A stretch of 64,000 nucleotides of DNA from Candidatus Magasanikiibacteriota bacterium (lineage in GTDB: Bacteria; Patescibacteriota; Patescibacteriia; Magasanikbacterales; UBA922). The notes below the pieces were generated by a model. It saw nothing but the letters and a program-made list of their open reading frames with translations. It had not been told where the DNA came from and did not search any database. The number at the start of each line of letters is the position of its first letter. Position 1 is the first letter of the stretch. Positions 8,613-18,757 of the stretch are shown here, in pieces. Where the stretch lies: positions 767 to 64,766 of the forward strand of contig JBDROX010000044.1 in the NCBI GenBank assembly GCA_043809645.1. The letters are read 5' to 3'. The position numbers and the translations under genes were made by a program.

Positions 8613-10865
8613 TTAGTACTGAATATTCTCCTCCAGGAGCCACATGATCATTGCTTTTTGTGCATGGAGTCTGTTTTCTGCTTGGTTCAGGATGACAGCC
8701 TTTGGGTGGTTGATAGTATCACGCGAAATTTCGTATCCCACGTGAAGTGGCATACAGTGCATGATGTGCGCGTCTGGTGCGTACTCACTCATCAATTCTG
8801 CGTTAATCTGATATGGAAGAAATTGTTCCTTCCTTCTCTCATACTCACTTTGGAATTCTGGCTTCACTTTTCCGCTTTCTCCTCCAGAGGCGGACTCGTC
8901 TGCTGCGAGGAAAAATTCCATGTTCATCCATGTGTCTGTATGGACGAAGTCAGTTTTGGCAAGCGCTTCTTCCAGGTTCTGTGTTCTGGTGACAAGTCCT
9001 GTTGCCGCTGCCATGATATTTAATTCTGGATCAACACTTTTCTCATCTACTTCTGCTGCGGCTATAGCTACTTCGATGCCAAGCTTCGCGCACATGAGCA
9101 TGAGTGTGTTCGAGACATTGTTCTCAATGCCGAGCCAGGTGATTTTTTTAATATTTTCAACGCCACCTTTTATTTCCGTCATTGTCAAAAGGTCACTCAA
9201 GGCTTGCGCAGGGTGGTATTTCTCACTACACGCATCGATGACTGGAATTCTATTGAATGACGCAGCAAGCTCAACATCACTTGCTTGCTTTGCACGGAAC
9301 ATGAGGACATGTCCGAATCGCATGACTGCCTGGATTTCATCTGCGAAGTCTGTGAGAGAGAATTGGGCGGTTCTACTATCGAGGAAGATAGAGTGGCCAC
9401 CGAGTTCTGTCATACTAGCCTCGAAAGAGAGACGTGTTCGCGTTGATGTTTTCTGAAACAACATGATGAGTGTCTTGTTCTGGAGATAGTTGGTCAATCT
9501 TCCAGAATTTCTCTTTGCTTTTATTCTCTGTGCAATGTCTAGAATTTCCAAGATGTTTTTTCTTGACTGTTCTTTGAGTGAAATGATGTGGCGCATAGAT
9601 TTTTTCTGAATAGTTGATTTGATTATTGTACTGATATTTTTTTGAGGTTCATTTTGGGTAATTTCAGAAGCTGAGGTACAGTCATAGATTTTGTTTTTTA
9701 AAACTGTATACACTGGCCAGCCAGTGAGATTCCATCCGTTGAAAGGGGACCATCTGCATTTTGTAAATAATTTGTTGTTTTCAACAGCCTTTTTTTCTCT
9801 CAGATCAACTAGGACATAGTCGTTAGTCTTTTCTAGTCCAAAGATGTTTTTTGGGTTAGTACTCGTGAGCTCCACAATTTTTTCTAGAGAGATTTTTCGA
9901 TTATGATGGGCGTCTAAGAGAAGAGGAAGGAGTGTTTCTATTCCTGGGACACCAGATGGTGCCTCTCCATAGGGAAGAGATTTTTCGTTCAACGTATGTG
10001 GGGCATGGTCTGTACCAATAGTGTCGATTGTTCCATCTTGGATCCCCTCCCATAGTGCGTCCATATCTTTTGTTGATCGGAGTGGTGGGTTCATCTGTGC
10101 TTTGCAGCCAAGGGTGTTGTAGTGTGCTTCATTCAGAAAGAGATGGTGTGGTGTGACTTCCGCATACACACTCAGCCCTTCTCTCTTTGCTTCTCGAATC
10201 ATATCCAGTTCTGTCTTTGTACTCACGTGGCAGACATAGAATCGTGTTCCAAATGTTCTGGCTGCGTTGATAACTCTCTCGAGCGCGATAGCGGTGGCCT
10301 TTGGATTCCTCTTTTTGGAATGTACGGCCGGGTCTATTTCTCCTTCATATGTTGCCGAGCATTCTTTCAGATATGCCTCATCCTCTGCGTGCACAGCCAC
10401 AAGCATGTTTTCTTTTGCCGCAATTTCAGCCACACGGTTGAAATCTTTTTCTTCATCTATCAAAAGATCTCCTGTGCTTGAGCCCATGAATACTTTGATG
10501 GCCACTGATACATCCTTTGTGCTTCCTAGGTCATCCAGCCGATCTTTATCAGCCCCAACATAGAGTAAGTATCTCAGTGCGATGCTAGCTTCTGCTAGTC
10601 GCTTTTCAATAACCTCTTTTTTTTGTATCAGCCGTTCTCTCGATGTACATGATGGGGTATTGTTTGGCATGTCGAGGACTGTGGTCACTCCACCAGCAAT
10701 TGCTGCTTTTGAGGCTGTCTTCCAATCTTCCTTGTGCTCTGCACCAGGTGTACGGAAGTGTACATGTGGATCAATCAGGGCTGGAAGTGCGGTGAGCGAC
10801 TCAGCATTTGTTTCGGGTGGAAGATCAATGTCTATGGATTGATTGTTACATGTCTTTATGATCAT
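8613..10865 (-). CDS. pyrC: Bifunctional fusion: dihydroorotase (PyrC) + ornithine/aspartate carbamoyltransferase-fold domain (750 aa), CAD-like order
   Basis: N-term DHOase motifs (DPHVHFR, HAED, GTDHAPH); C-term transcarbamylase motifs (STRTR, HPAQ, HCMPL); HCxP and TDTWMNM resemble OTCase more than ATCase. Confidence 0.8.
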   Translation of the reverse strand: MIIKTCNNQSIDIDLPPETNAESLTALPALIDPHVHFRTPGAEHKEDWKTASKAAIAGGVTTVLDMPNNTPSCTSRERLIQKKEVIEKRLAEASIALRYLLYVGADKDRLDDLGSTKDVSVAIKVFMGSSTGDLLIDEEKDFNRVAEIAAKENMLVAVHAEDEAYLKECSATYEGEIDPAVHSKKRNPKATAIALERVINAARTFGTRFYVCHVSTKTELDMIREAKREGLSVYAEVTPHHLFLNEAHYNTLGCKAQMNPPLRSTKDMDALWEGIQDGTIDTIGTDHAPHTLNEKSLPYGEAPSGVPGIETLLPLLLDAHHNRKISLEKIVELTSTNPKNIFGLEKTNDYVLVDLREKKAVENNKLFTKCRWSPFNGWNLTGWPVYTVLKNKIYDCTSASEITQNEPQKNISTIIKSTIQKKSMRHIISLKEQSRKNILEILDIAQRIKAKRNSGRLTNYLQNKTLIMLFQKTSTRTRLSFEASMTELGGHSIFLDSRTAQFSLTDFADEIQAVMRFGHVLMFRAKQASDVELAASFNRIPVIDACSEKYHPAQALSDLLTMTEIKGGVENIKKITWLGIENNVSNTLMLMCAKLGIEVAIAAAEVDEKSVDPELNIMAAATGLVTRTQNLEEALAKTDFVHTDTWMNMEFFLAADESASGGESGKVKPEFQSEYERRKEQFLPYQINAELMSEYAPDAHIMHCMPLHVGYEISRDTINHPKAVILNQAENRLHAQKAMIMWLLEENIQY

Positions 10866-11375
10866 CTAATTGCTCTTATATTCGTAAATATTTTTTTGGC
10901 TAAATATCTTTTCGCAATATGCACACTGGAGTGTGAGCCCTGATCCATTCTCATGAGAAATGTGGAATCTTGAGTTCATGCGTTCATTATTTGTAATACA
11001 GGTTGGATTTGGACAGACAATGAGCCTTTCGATAGTTTCTGGAATCGATATTTTGAACTTTTCTGCAACCTTGAAGTTTCGAATAATATTGATTGTTGCA
11101 TTTGGTGCAAAGATAGCGACCTTATTTGCTTCATCTTTTGTCAGTTCTCTGTGCTCCACTTTGATAAGATCCTTGTGTCCTTGCTCTTTGCTTTCTAGGT
11201 TAAGGCCAACAGTCACAATTGTTTTATCTTCTGCAAGGTTTAGGATTCGAATAATTTTTATCGCCTGACCGGCGTCGATATGGTCGATCACAGTGCCATC
11301 TTCAATCGTGAAGACTTTGAATGTTCTAAGATCTTTTGGAGGTTGGTTGTTTTGAACAGTTTCCATATGTTGCAA
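10866..11375 (-). CDS. pyrI: Aspartate carbamoyltransferase regulatory subunit PyrI
   Basis: IEDGTVIDHI motif and C-terminal Zn ribbon (CPNPTC...CAYC). Confidence 0.85.
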   Translation of the reverse strand: MQHMETVQNNQPPKDLRTFKVFTIEDGTVIDHIDAGQAIKIIRILNLAEDKTIVTVGLNLESKEQGHKDLIKVEHRELTKDEANKVAIFAPNATINIIRNFKVAEKFKISIPETIERLIVCPNPTCITNNERMNSRFHISHENGSGLTLQCAYCEKIFSQKNIYEYKSN

Positions 11376-11380
11376 AGTTA

Positions 11381-12394
11381 TTATTGAAGTTTTCCAAGGA
11401 CAAGACCAAGGAGTGCCTGTCGGACATAGAGTCCGTTCTCAGCTTGTTGGAAGTAATATGCATGCGGAGTTGCATCAATATCTACTTCAATCTCATTCAC
11501 ACGTGGAAGCGGGTGAAGTATTCTCATATTTGGTTTGGCACTGTTCATCATGTCTTTGGTAAGGACAAAGACATTCTTCACGCGTTCATATTCCATTTTG
11601 TCTGGGAATCGTTCACCCTGAATTCGTGTTATGTAGAGAATATCTACTTTTGGCATGACTTCTTCTATGCTCGAGTGTTCGGTAAAGCCAATATTTTTCT
11701 TCTGGAGGTATCTGCAGATATAGTTTGGCATTTTGAGTGAGTCTGGTGCAATGAAGTGGAGCTCTGCGCCGAAGTGAGTGAGTGCCTGGGTCAGGGAGTG
11801 AACTGTTCTTCCATATTTGAGATCTCCGACTAGTGCGATTGAAAGCCCTTCGAGAGATCTTTGTGATTCTTTGATGGTGAAGAGATCAAGTAGTGTTTGA
11901 GTTGGATGTTGATTCGACCCGTCTCCGCCGTTCAAGATTGGTTTATCAGTAGCTTCTGCCGCACGACGGACTGAACCTTCCATTGGGTGGCGCATGACAA
12001 TGACATCTGCATATTGGCCAATTATTTTCATTGAGTCGTATATTGTCTCTTTCTTTTTTACAGAGGTGACATTTGCATCTGCAAATCCCATGACCTCTCC
12101 ACCGAGTCTTTTCATAGCCGTTTCGAATGAAAGTCTTGTTCTGGTTGATGGTTCAAAGAAACAGCTTGCCATGACGTATGTTTGGAGAAGTGTTGGTTGT
12201 GGCTTTTGTTTTAGCTGCTTTGCATGCTCGAGTACTTTCTCAATGTCTTCTTTGGAAAGATCTGTGATGGACAGTATATCTCTCCCTTCGAACGTTTTTT
12301 GTCTGGTTGTGAATTGTCCAGAGAGTTTTTCCAATATTTCTGCCTTCGATAGTCCTTCGAGGGCTGCCAATTCGCTTTGAGAAAGTGGGGTCAT
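11381..12394 (-). CDS. pyrB: Aspartate carbamoyltransferase catalytic subunit PyrB
   Basis: STRTR, HPTQ, RIQGERF, HPLPR motifs. Confidence 0.9.
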   Translation of the reverse strand: MTPLSQSELAALEGLSKAEILEKLSGQFTTRQKTFEGRDILSITDLSKEDIEKVLEHAKQLKQKPQPTLLQTYVMASCFFEPSTRTRLSFETAMKRLGGEVMGFADANVTSVKKKETIYDSMKIIGQYADVIVMRHPMEGSVRRAAEATDKPILNGGDGSNQHPTQTLLDLFTIKESQRSLEGLSIALVGDLKYGRTVHSLTQALTHFGAELHFIAPDSLKMPNYICRYLQKKNIGFTEHSSIEEVMPKVDILYITRIQGERFPDKMEYERVKNVFVLTKDMMNSAKPNMRILHPLPRVNEIEVDIDATPHAYYFQQAENGLYVRQALLGLVLGKLQ

Positions 12395-12483
12395 ATGTGT
12401 ATGTATAGTGAGTTAAGCCCTGTATTTGACTTCGAAGCCTTAGCCAGTACAGGATTCGTCATTTTCAGCTATTGCTGAAAAAG

Positions 12484-12514
12484 TGAAAAAAAAGACCACT
12501 CGTATCAGAGTGGC
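12484..12514 (-). terminator. Rho-independent terminator (minus strand): GGCCACTC-tgatacg-AGTGGTC + T8; followed by a second 8-bp hairpin TTTTCAGC-aata-GCTGAAAA (12459-12480)
   Basis: Stem-loop plus T-run read from sequence. Confidence 0.7.
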
Positions 12515-12626
12515 CATTGGCTTTGATTTATTTCCTCCTCGTCGATTACGTGGACGAGATATATTTTCATACTGAGAGGAGTGTATCATCTTTTGTTCTT
12601 CAGTACAAATGGATTGGTGTGGAAAA

Positions 12627-13667
12627 CTAAACTTCCTTCCCTTGCTCAACTATTTTATCTCGTAATTCTCCAAATACCTTGTTTGCGAGCGCACTTTCTT
12701 CATGAAAGAATGCATAATTGTCAGCTTTGTTGAAATAGGTGGTAAGGAGGCTGTCATGTGTTGGGTCTGTTTCGTATCCTTCTGGAATATCTGGATCTGG
12801 AATATCTGCAAGTTTTTCTTTAAGGTCTCTAGACGATTGGGCGACATGTATACCATTGCTGATTTCAAAATTATAACCAGGTAGTGTATCAGAATCAATA
12901 CGGGTTGTGCTCAATTTATGTATCAGTTTTGCAAGGGTCTTTTTTGCTATAAATATGCTATCTACTGGTGTCTTGCCTGCCTTTGGATAAATTACAATAG
13001 ATGGTTTTCCCTGTGCAGCTTTGTCATCAGGAGAAAAACATTTAATTTTAAAGGCATTAATTTCCCAGTTAAAATCTGAGTCTTGTGCAATCAAATCTAT
13101 GATAAGTTTGGCAATTTCTGGAAGCTGATCAAGTTTTGGTTGGATATGAATTTTAAATTCTCGAGCCAAATCTTTCCTTCTGTGATCTATGGCTTCTTTG
13201 TAGTATGTCTTTGCTTTTCGTTCGTAGTCACAATTCGGTTTTATATTCCTCTTTTCTTGATCTAGCCATTCTTTGGGAATTTCAATGTCTTCCTGAAGTG
13301 GTATCTCATGGATCCATTTATAAATACGTCCAAGAGCATTTTCCTGAACCTGTTCCTTTGTAGTTCCAGAGTATTTGCGTTCATGAGGATCTTTTGCTGA
13401 AAACATGTTTCTGTAAATAATTTGGTTTTCTAGAAGATCATTCACATCAGTCGGAGCCTTGCAATCTGCCAATCTAAAATATTGATAAAAACCAGAACCA
13501 TTTTTTTTTGGATGAACAGTGAGATCATCAAAATAAACTTCAGGAGAGAGTGTGTCCATAGCCATTTTTTTGTAGACTTTTGCTTGTTCAAGAGGGTGGA
13601 GTTCTGAAAAGTTTTCACTTTTTTCCCTTGCTTCATGAAGATGCGCACTCCGAGATCGTTCATTCAT
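12627..13667 (-). CDS. Hypothetical protein (346 aa), no recognisable domain
   Basis: Long ORF with coding-like composition between gatB and pyrB. Confidence 0.5.
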   Translation of the reverse strand: MNERSRSAHLHEAREKSENFSELHPLEQAKVYKKMAMDTLSPEVYFDDLTVHPKKNGSGFYQYFRLADCKAPTDVNDLLENQIIYRNMFSAKDPHERKYSGTTKEQVQENALGRIYKWIHEIPLQEDIEIPKEWLDQEKRNIKPNCDYERKAKTYYKEAIDHRRKDLAREFKIHIQPKLDQLPEIAKLIIDLIAQDSDFNWEINAFKIKCFSPDDKAAQGKPSIVIYPKAGKTPVDSIFIAKKTLAKLIHKLSTTRIDSDTLPGYNFEISNGIHVAQSSRDLKEKLADIPDPDIPEGYETDPTHDSLLTTYFNKADNYAFFHEESALANKVFGELRDKIVEQGKEV

Positions 13668-13671
13668 AAAA

Positions 13672-15216
13672 TTATAATGTTTTTTTAAGGAGTTCTTCAG
13701 CGATCTGTGGGTCAGCGTTGCCTTCTGTTGTTTTCATAACCATACCAATGAGGAATTTGAGCACTGTCTCTTTTCCTGACTTATACTCCTCAACCTGTTT
13801 TGGATGGCTTCGTACGACTTCATCAACTATGCTCTGAAGTTTCCCTTCATTACTCATTTGGCCATATCCTTTTTCCTCCATGATATGTGTAGGATCTTTG
13901 TCAGTTCCAGCATCCAGCATCTCACCAAGAATTTTTTGAGCATTTGTTGAATTCACTTTCCCGGCATAGATGAGAGCGATGAGCTCTGCAAAGTTTTCTG
14001 GTGAAATCTTGAGAACTTTGATATCTATACTTCGCTCCTTCAGTAGCCCCATCAGCTTGCTAGTCATCCAGCCACCAGCCAGACGAGCAATTTTTTCTTT
14101 TTTTCCCTCTCGGATTTCATCAGTTTCTCCTTTTACTTCATGGAGTGTATAGAGCCAGTCAATGAGTTCACTCATTGTTCTCTCAGAAAATGCCGCCCAG
14201 TCATTACTATCCGTGAGAATCTTGGCGTCTGCATAGGAGAAACCATATTCTTCTCTGAAACGGAGTCGTTTTTTCTGTGGAAGTTCTGGAAGTAAAACTG
14301 CCCCAGCAATCTTTTCTGGATGAAATGGGGGAATGTCTGGCTCTGGGAAATAGCGATAGTCTTCTGCATCTTCTTTTATTCTTTGAAGGACGCTTTCTCC
14401 TTTGTCTTCATTCCAACCACGTGTCTGCTGTTCCCATGATTCTCCTTTTTCTAGGAGTGCTTCTTGGCGTTGCAGCTCAAAATCAATAGCACGTTCTATT
14501 GCCTTAAAAGAATTAATATTTTTGAGTTCCACCTTATTGTTCAGAACATATTTTCCAAGAGGTTTAACGACTCCGTCTACAATTTCAAATTTGCCAGTCT
14601 CCTGAAGTGAAATATTTGCTTCACATCTCATGTGTCCTTTCTCCATATCTGCATCACTAACTTTGAGTGTTCGAAAGATACTTCTAAGCTCTTGGCAGTA
14701 GGTCTTTGCCTCTATTGGTGTTTTGAAGTCAGGGTCTGTGACGATTTCAACTAGCGGGATTCCTGCTCTATTAAAATCAACAAGAGTATCTCCTTTTTTG
14801 TTATGAGTCAGCTTGGCAGTGTCTTCTTCGAGGTGAACTCTGGTGATACCAATCTTGGCTTCATCCCGAACATTGGTCTCGAGAGGGAAAGAGAGTGTTA
14901 TCTCCCCATGCTTGGCAACAGGCTCATCATATTGGGAGATTTGATAGCCCTTTGGAAGATCTGGATAGAAGTAGTGTTTTCTATCAAACTTAGAAATATC
15001 TCGAATAGAACACCCAAGAGCCTTTCCAATCAGAACAGTCCATTCTATGGCTTTTTGATTTGGGACTGGGAGTGTCCCTGGTTGTGCTGTGCAGATTTCA
15101 CAGATATTACTGTTTGGTTCTACAGCATCAGGGCTGTTTGTACAGGAGCAGAACATCTTGCTCTTTGTTTTGAGTTCGACATGTACTTCCATGCCAATGA
15201 TCGGGGTGTATTTCAT
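13672..15216 (-). CDS. gatB: Asp/Glu-tRNA amidotransferase subunit B
   Basis: N-term IGMEVHVELKTKSKMFCSC and overall GatB architecture. Confidence 0.9.
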   Translation of the reverse strand: MKYTPIIGMEVHVELKTKSKMFCSCTNSPDAVEPNSNICEICTAQPGTLPVPNQKAIEWTVLIGKALGCSIRDISKFDRKHYFYPDLPKGYQISQYDEPVAKHGEITLSFPLETNVRDEAKIGITRVHLEEDTAKLTHNKKGDTLVDFNRAGIPLVEIVTDPDFKTPIEAKTYCQELRSIFRTLKVSDADMEKGHMRCEANISLQETGKFEIVDGVVKPLGKYVLNNKVELKNINSFKAIERAIDFELQRQEALLEKGESWEQQTRGWNEDKGESVLQRIKEDAEDYRYFPEPDIPPFHPEKIAGAVLLPELPQKKRLRFREEYGFSYADAKILTDSNDWAAFSERTMSELIDWLYTLHEVKGETDEIREGKKEKIARLAGGWMTSKLMGLLKERSIDIKVLKISPENFAELIALIYAGKVNSTNAQKILGEMLDAGTDKDPTHIMEEKGYGQMSNEGKLQSIVDEVVRSHPKQVEEYKSGKETVLKFLIGMVMKTTEGNADPQIAEELLKKTL

Positions 15217-15307
15217 AGAAAGGCTTACGAGGCTTACAACTCCTAAAATGCTTGAAAGCCAGAATATATATGTATTTTGATTGTAGCAAGTTCAAGTGAA
15301 ATTGAAA

Positions 15308-15333
15308 AGCCCGCCAGATGGCAGGCTTTTTTT
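15308..15333. terminator. Hairpin AGCCCGCC-agat-GGCAGGCT with T7 on plus strand and T4 on minus; probable terminator of the upstream membrane-protein gene
   Basis: Stem-loop and T-runs read from sequence. Confidence 0.45.
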
Positions 15334-15349
15334 GAAGTATGGCTTTCAA

Positions 15350-16099
15350 TTATTTTACTGATTCTGGAGTTTCAGATTTTACTGGAGTTTTCTTCAAGTT
15401 GAAATACAGAATCGTTGGCGCCGCAGTCGTGAGTGGTAACACTAGGAAAGCGGCAGCACTTACGACGACTGTTGCAATGGCGAGCCCTGCTGTTCCAAGA
15501 GGGTTGGTGACAAAGAAAATAAGGCTTGCAGCCCATTGAACAACCATGGCAAGGATAGCAAAAACAAATCCTGGGGCAAAGAGTCTCCAAAGGACACTCC
15601 ACCATCTCCCTGAAACGATGGCTTTGCTTGCTTTGAGTGAGTCTACGCCTTTCTTTCCTTCGAAGATGACTGTATACATGGAAAATGAAAACCAAACGGC
15701 GAATATGATACCGGGGATAACCAGTAGGATAGTTCCGCCAGTGACGGCAAGTCCCGTGAGAATAGAGGCAAAGAGTACTGACCAGAAATATTTTTTTGCT
15801 TCTACAATTTCTTCTCTTAGGGTTTTTGGTTTTTCTCCTTTATATCTATTAGCAATTACTCTGACGAACGCTATCGAGATCCAGATATTGATAATGACTG
15901 CCACAAGGATCAGTACAATAGCCAAAAGGATCATTCCACCCATTTTATCTGAAATTAGGTTGGTTGGAGTAGCAACAACCTGCATCACAGCGGTCGGAAT
16001 GAACATAATTCCAACAAAGGTAAGGAAAAGCTTTACATTTTCTCTATAGAGCTTAATACTTTCGGAGATAATTTCTCCTGCTTTTATTAACATAGACAA
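15350..16099 (-). CDS. Polytopic membrane protein, unknown function (249 aa)
   Basis: Six or more hydrophobic helices. Confidence 0.6.
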   Translation of the reverse strand: MSMLIKAGEIISESIKLYRENVKLFLTFVGIMFIPTAVMQVVATPTNLISDKMGGMILLAIVLILVAVIINIWISIAFVRVIANRYKGEKPKTLREEIVEAKKYFWSVLFASILTGLAVTGGTILLVIPGIIFAVWFSFSMYTVIFEGKKGVDSLKASKAIVSGRWWSVLWRLFAPGFVFAILAMVVQWAASLIFFVTNPLGTAGLAIATVVVSAAAFLVLPLTTAAPTILYFNLKKTPVKSETPESVK

Positions 16100-16169
16100 A
16101 GACTTAATAATTATACCCCTTTTTTCGACACCTTAAGTATAGCAAAATAAGTGAAAAAAGACTAGTCCG

Positions 16170-16760
16170 TTAGACTAACTTTTCTTTTATTGTATCCCAG
16201 AGTTTTTCATGGATGTGTTCAATCGATTCATTGGCATCTATTCGTATCCAACCTTTTTTTGACCCCATTCTATCGTGTACAGCACGTACTTTTTCTATCA
16301 GAGTATCATTTGTTTCAAATGTGTGGTTCATTTCTGTTGCTTCTCGGAAGCGCTCACCCTCGAAGAGAAAGGATATGTCTTCTTTGAGGAGTCCTTCATT
16401 TATTTCGAGCATGTATTTTTCTGGAACGCCTGCTCCAATACCCCAGCAGAGGCCAGTCCCAGTATAGTCTTCTGCAACTATATTGATTCCACTATCAAGT
16501 TTTAGATGAAGTCTTGGTTCGAAGTTCCTTCGGTTCTGTGCGTATAGTTCCTGGACGTCTTTTGCACTTAGCTGTTCTGGATTTCCTTCTCTCAAATATG
16601 CATTTATTCTCGGACCTGTGGGTTCAAGGCTGTAGATTGGATACTTGAGGTACTCTGCTTCAAATCTTTTTCTTTGCAACTTCTCGACTAGAAGTTTGGC
16701 TTGTGTTGTTTTTCCAAGATTGTTAATGCCATAAAGTACTATGAATATGCCTTTCTTCAT
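16170..16760 (-). CDS. Thymidylate kinase-family protein (atypical)
   Basis: P-loop IVLYGINNLGKTTQ resembles Tmk IVxEGxDGxGKTTQ; DRY-like AEDY. Confidence 0.55.
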   Translation of the reverse strand: MKKGIFIVLYGINNLGKTTQAKLLVEKLQRKRFEAEYLKYPIYSLEPTGPRINAYLREGNPEQLSAKDVQELYAQNRRNFEPRLHLKLDSGINIVAEDYTGTGLCWGIGAGVPEKYMLEINEGLLKEDISFLFEGERFREATEMNHTFETNDTLIEKVRAVHDRMGSKKGWIRIDANESIEHIHEKLWDTIKEKLV

Positions 16761-17230
16761 ATTTTTCTATATTCTACAAATGAGAATTCCTCTCTGTTAT
16801 CTCTGCCAACCTCTTTCCAAACAGTAGGATCAATCTCTGGAAAAAATGCATCTCCATCCACATCTTGTTCAACGTGTGTTATATAAAGTCTATCAGCTAG
16901 ATCAATTGTTTGCTTGTACATCATGGCGCCGCCTATTACAAATATATCTTCACCCTCGTGTGCCTTCAGTGCATCATCAATGCTGTGGTATAGAAAAACG
17001 CCATCTGGAATTTGGTATTCAGTATTTCTTGTAATGACAATATTTTTTCTGTCTGGGAGTGGTCGAAATTTCTCTGGAAGTGATTCCCATGTATTTCGTC
17101 CCATGAGGACGACGCTTCCAGTGGTGAGTTCTTTGAAGTGCTTCAAATCCTCTGGCATGTGCCATGGAAGGGAATTGTTCTTTCCAATACAATTGTTGCT
17201 TGCAATAGCGGCAATGAGGGAGAGGGACAT
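16757..17230 (-). CDS. folA: Dihydrofolate reductase
   Basis: Classic DHFR sequence (LIAAIASNNCIGKNNSLPWH...VLMGRNTWESLP...VIGGAMMY). Confidence 0.9.
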   Translation of the reverse strand: MSLSLIAAIASNNCIGKNNSLPWHMPEDLKHFKELTTGSVVLMGRNTWESLPEKFRPLPDRKNIVITRNTEYQIPDGVFLYHSIDDALKAHEGEDIFVIGGAMMYKQTIDLADRLYITHVEQDVDGDAFFPEIDPTVWKEVGRDNREEFSFVEYRKI

Positions 17231-17251
17231 AGTTTTAATGAATGGGTTTCT

Positions 17252-18472
17252 TTAAGACCTATTTGGAATGACAAAGAACCTTTCTTGGTCAAAAGTATGG
17301 TTACTATCTAAGACTTCTTCAGTTGGATCGGAATCTGCCTTTCTCGATACGTTGTCAAGGTTAAAAAGATTAAAACCATCAGGATCATATTTTTTTCTTT
17401 GTCTATCTAGATCCATAATACTAGCAGGGCAGCCCCTCATTGTGGTTGTGTCGTGTCCGTGCACATAGTTTCTCACAACATTTGGTAGGGGGTAATCTTT
17501 TTCTTCTTTTAGTCTTTCTCTCGCCCATACTAATGTATTTATAAGATGTAGATTGTTCTCATCAGGAGTTTTATCTTCGTATATACTTTTTAAAGTATCA
17601 TGGTGCCATTCGTTTACTCTGTCAACAAAAGCCGCCATTGTTTTTGGGTTTGTAATATCCCCTTGAAAAGAAATTGCTTGTTTGAGCTCATCAATATGAC
17701 CCTGAGAAAGTGGGGCATGTGTAAAAAGGCTCTTTGTTTCTTCGTCGTAATGAAATAATTTTTGTCTTATATAGAAACCTTTCATTTGTATATTTGTAGT
17801 TTTATGTTCAGTAGCCAACGATCTACCGCTGGATACCTTTTGCCCGTCTCCAATTCCTTTGTATCTACTCAGTGGTTTTTTTTGATGCTTTGCAATAGTC
17901 AAAACTGGTTGCATATCATGGTTTCCTGCCAAAGTTACGATATTGCCACCGTCTGCCTTTATTTTTTTGAGGATTTTCATTGTAAGTAGATCTGAAAGAC
18001 CTCTGTCTGAAATAAGGTCGCCCAAGAAAACCATTTCTCTGTCGCCACCAATCCATTCTATTGAATCTAAAAGTTCGAGAGCTTCTTTTTGCTTCTCTTT
18101 GAATCCAATTAATCTTTCTTCAGTCTCAAAAGGTGTGGACTGTGTTTTGAAAGTTATTGGGTCTGCGAGTTGTGCCATTTCAGTGTATATTTTTTTAAAT
18201 TGTCTCGCTTTTTCTTCTGGCATTGTGATCATTTCACTTAATACAGCATTTTCTAACACTTTGAGCGCACTACCATGAGCATCTCCTATTGCAACCAATT
18301 TAGCATTTTTTAGAATTTCTTCAGGGCTCTGGTCATCTTCTGTTTTTTCAGAAAATTCTAAAAATGTGACTCTTCCGGGTTCACCAATATTTAACTTTTT
18401 TTTTGTCTTGAATACTTCTTTAGTTTTTTCTATTTCACTTTTTTCTCTACCCTCTTTTTTTTTTATTTGCAT
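17252..18472 (-). CDS. PPP-family metallophosphoesterase (Ser/Thr phosphatase / ApaH-like), 406 aa
   Basis: GDAHG, GDLISDRG, GNHD, VHGHD motifs in canonical order. Confidence 0.75.
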   Translation of the reverse strand: MQIKKKEGREKSEIEKTKEVFKTKKKLNIGEPGRVTFLEFSEKTEDDQSPEEILKNAKLVAIGDAHGSALKVLENAVLSEMITMPEEKARQFKKIYTEMAQLADPITFKTQSTPFETEERLIGFKEKQKEALELLDSIEWIGGDREMVFLGDLISDRGLSDLLTMKILKKIKADGGNIVTLAGNHDMQPVLTIAKHQKKPLSRYKGIGDGQKVSSGRSLATEHKTTNIQMKGFYIRQKLFHYDEETKSLFTHAPLSQGHIDELKQAISFQGDITNPKTMAAFVDRVNEWHHDTLKSIYEDKTPDENNLHLINTLVWARERLKEEKDYPLPNVVRNYVHGHDTTTMRGCPASIMDLDRQRKKYDPDGFNLFNLDNVSRKADSDPTEEVLDSNHTFDQERFFVIPNRS

Positions 18473-18737
18473 CTTCAGTATCTTCAGCTTGGGCTAATTT
18501 TCTTGTGGCCTCATTAGTCTTATCGACAATAAGCGCTTCAAGCTCCCTAACAAAATTTGGGTCACTGCCTTTTAGGGATAAGTAAGCACACAAAGCTTCT
18601 TTTAAGCTGTATCCAGCCCTTCTCACATCTCTTTGTCTGGCTGGTGTGAGTTTGCTTTCTAATTCTTCTGCATTTGGCAAAGGCTCGAGTTTTCCTGGCC
18701 TTAATTGTTGAAGAGCTTCTAAATATTTTTCGGGCAT
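18447..18737 (-). CDS. Small hypothetical protein (96 aa), overlaps phosphatase start by 26 nt
   Basis: ORF only; basic/acidic low-complexity C-terminus. Confidence 0.3.
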   Translation of the reverse strand: MPEKYLEALQQLRPGKLEPLPNAEELESKLTPARQRDVRRAGYSLKEALCAYLSLKGSDPNFVRELEALIVDKTNEATRKLAQAEDTEDANKKKRG

Positions 18738-18757
18738 ATTTGCATGTTAAAAATATT

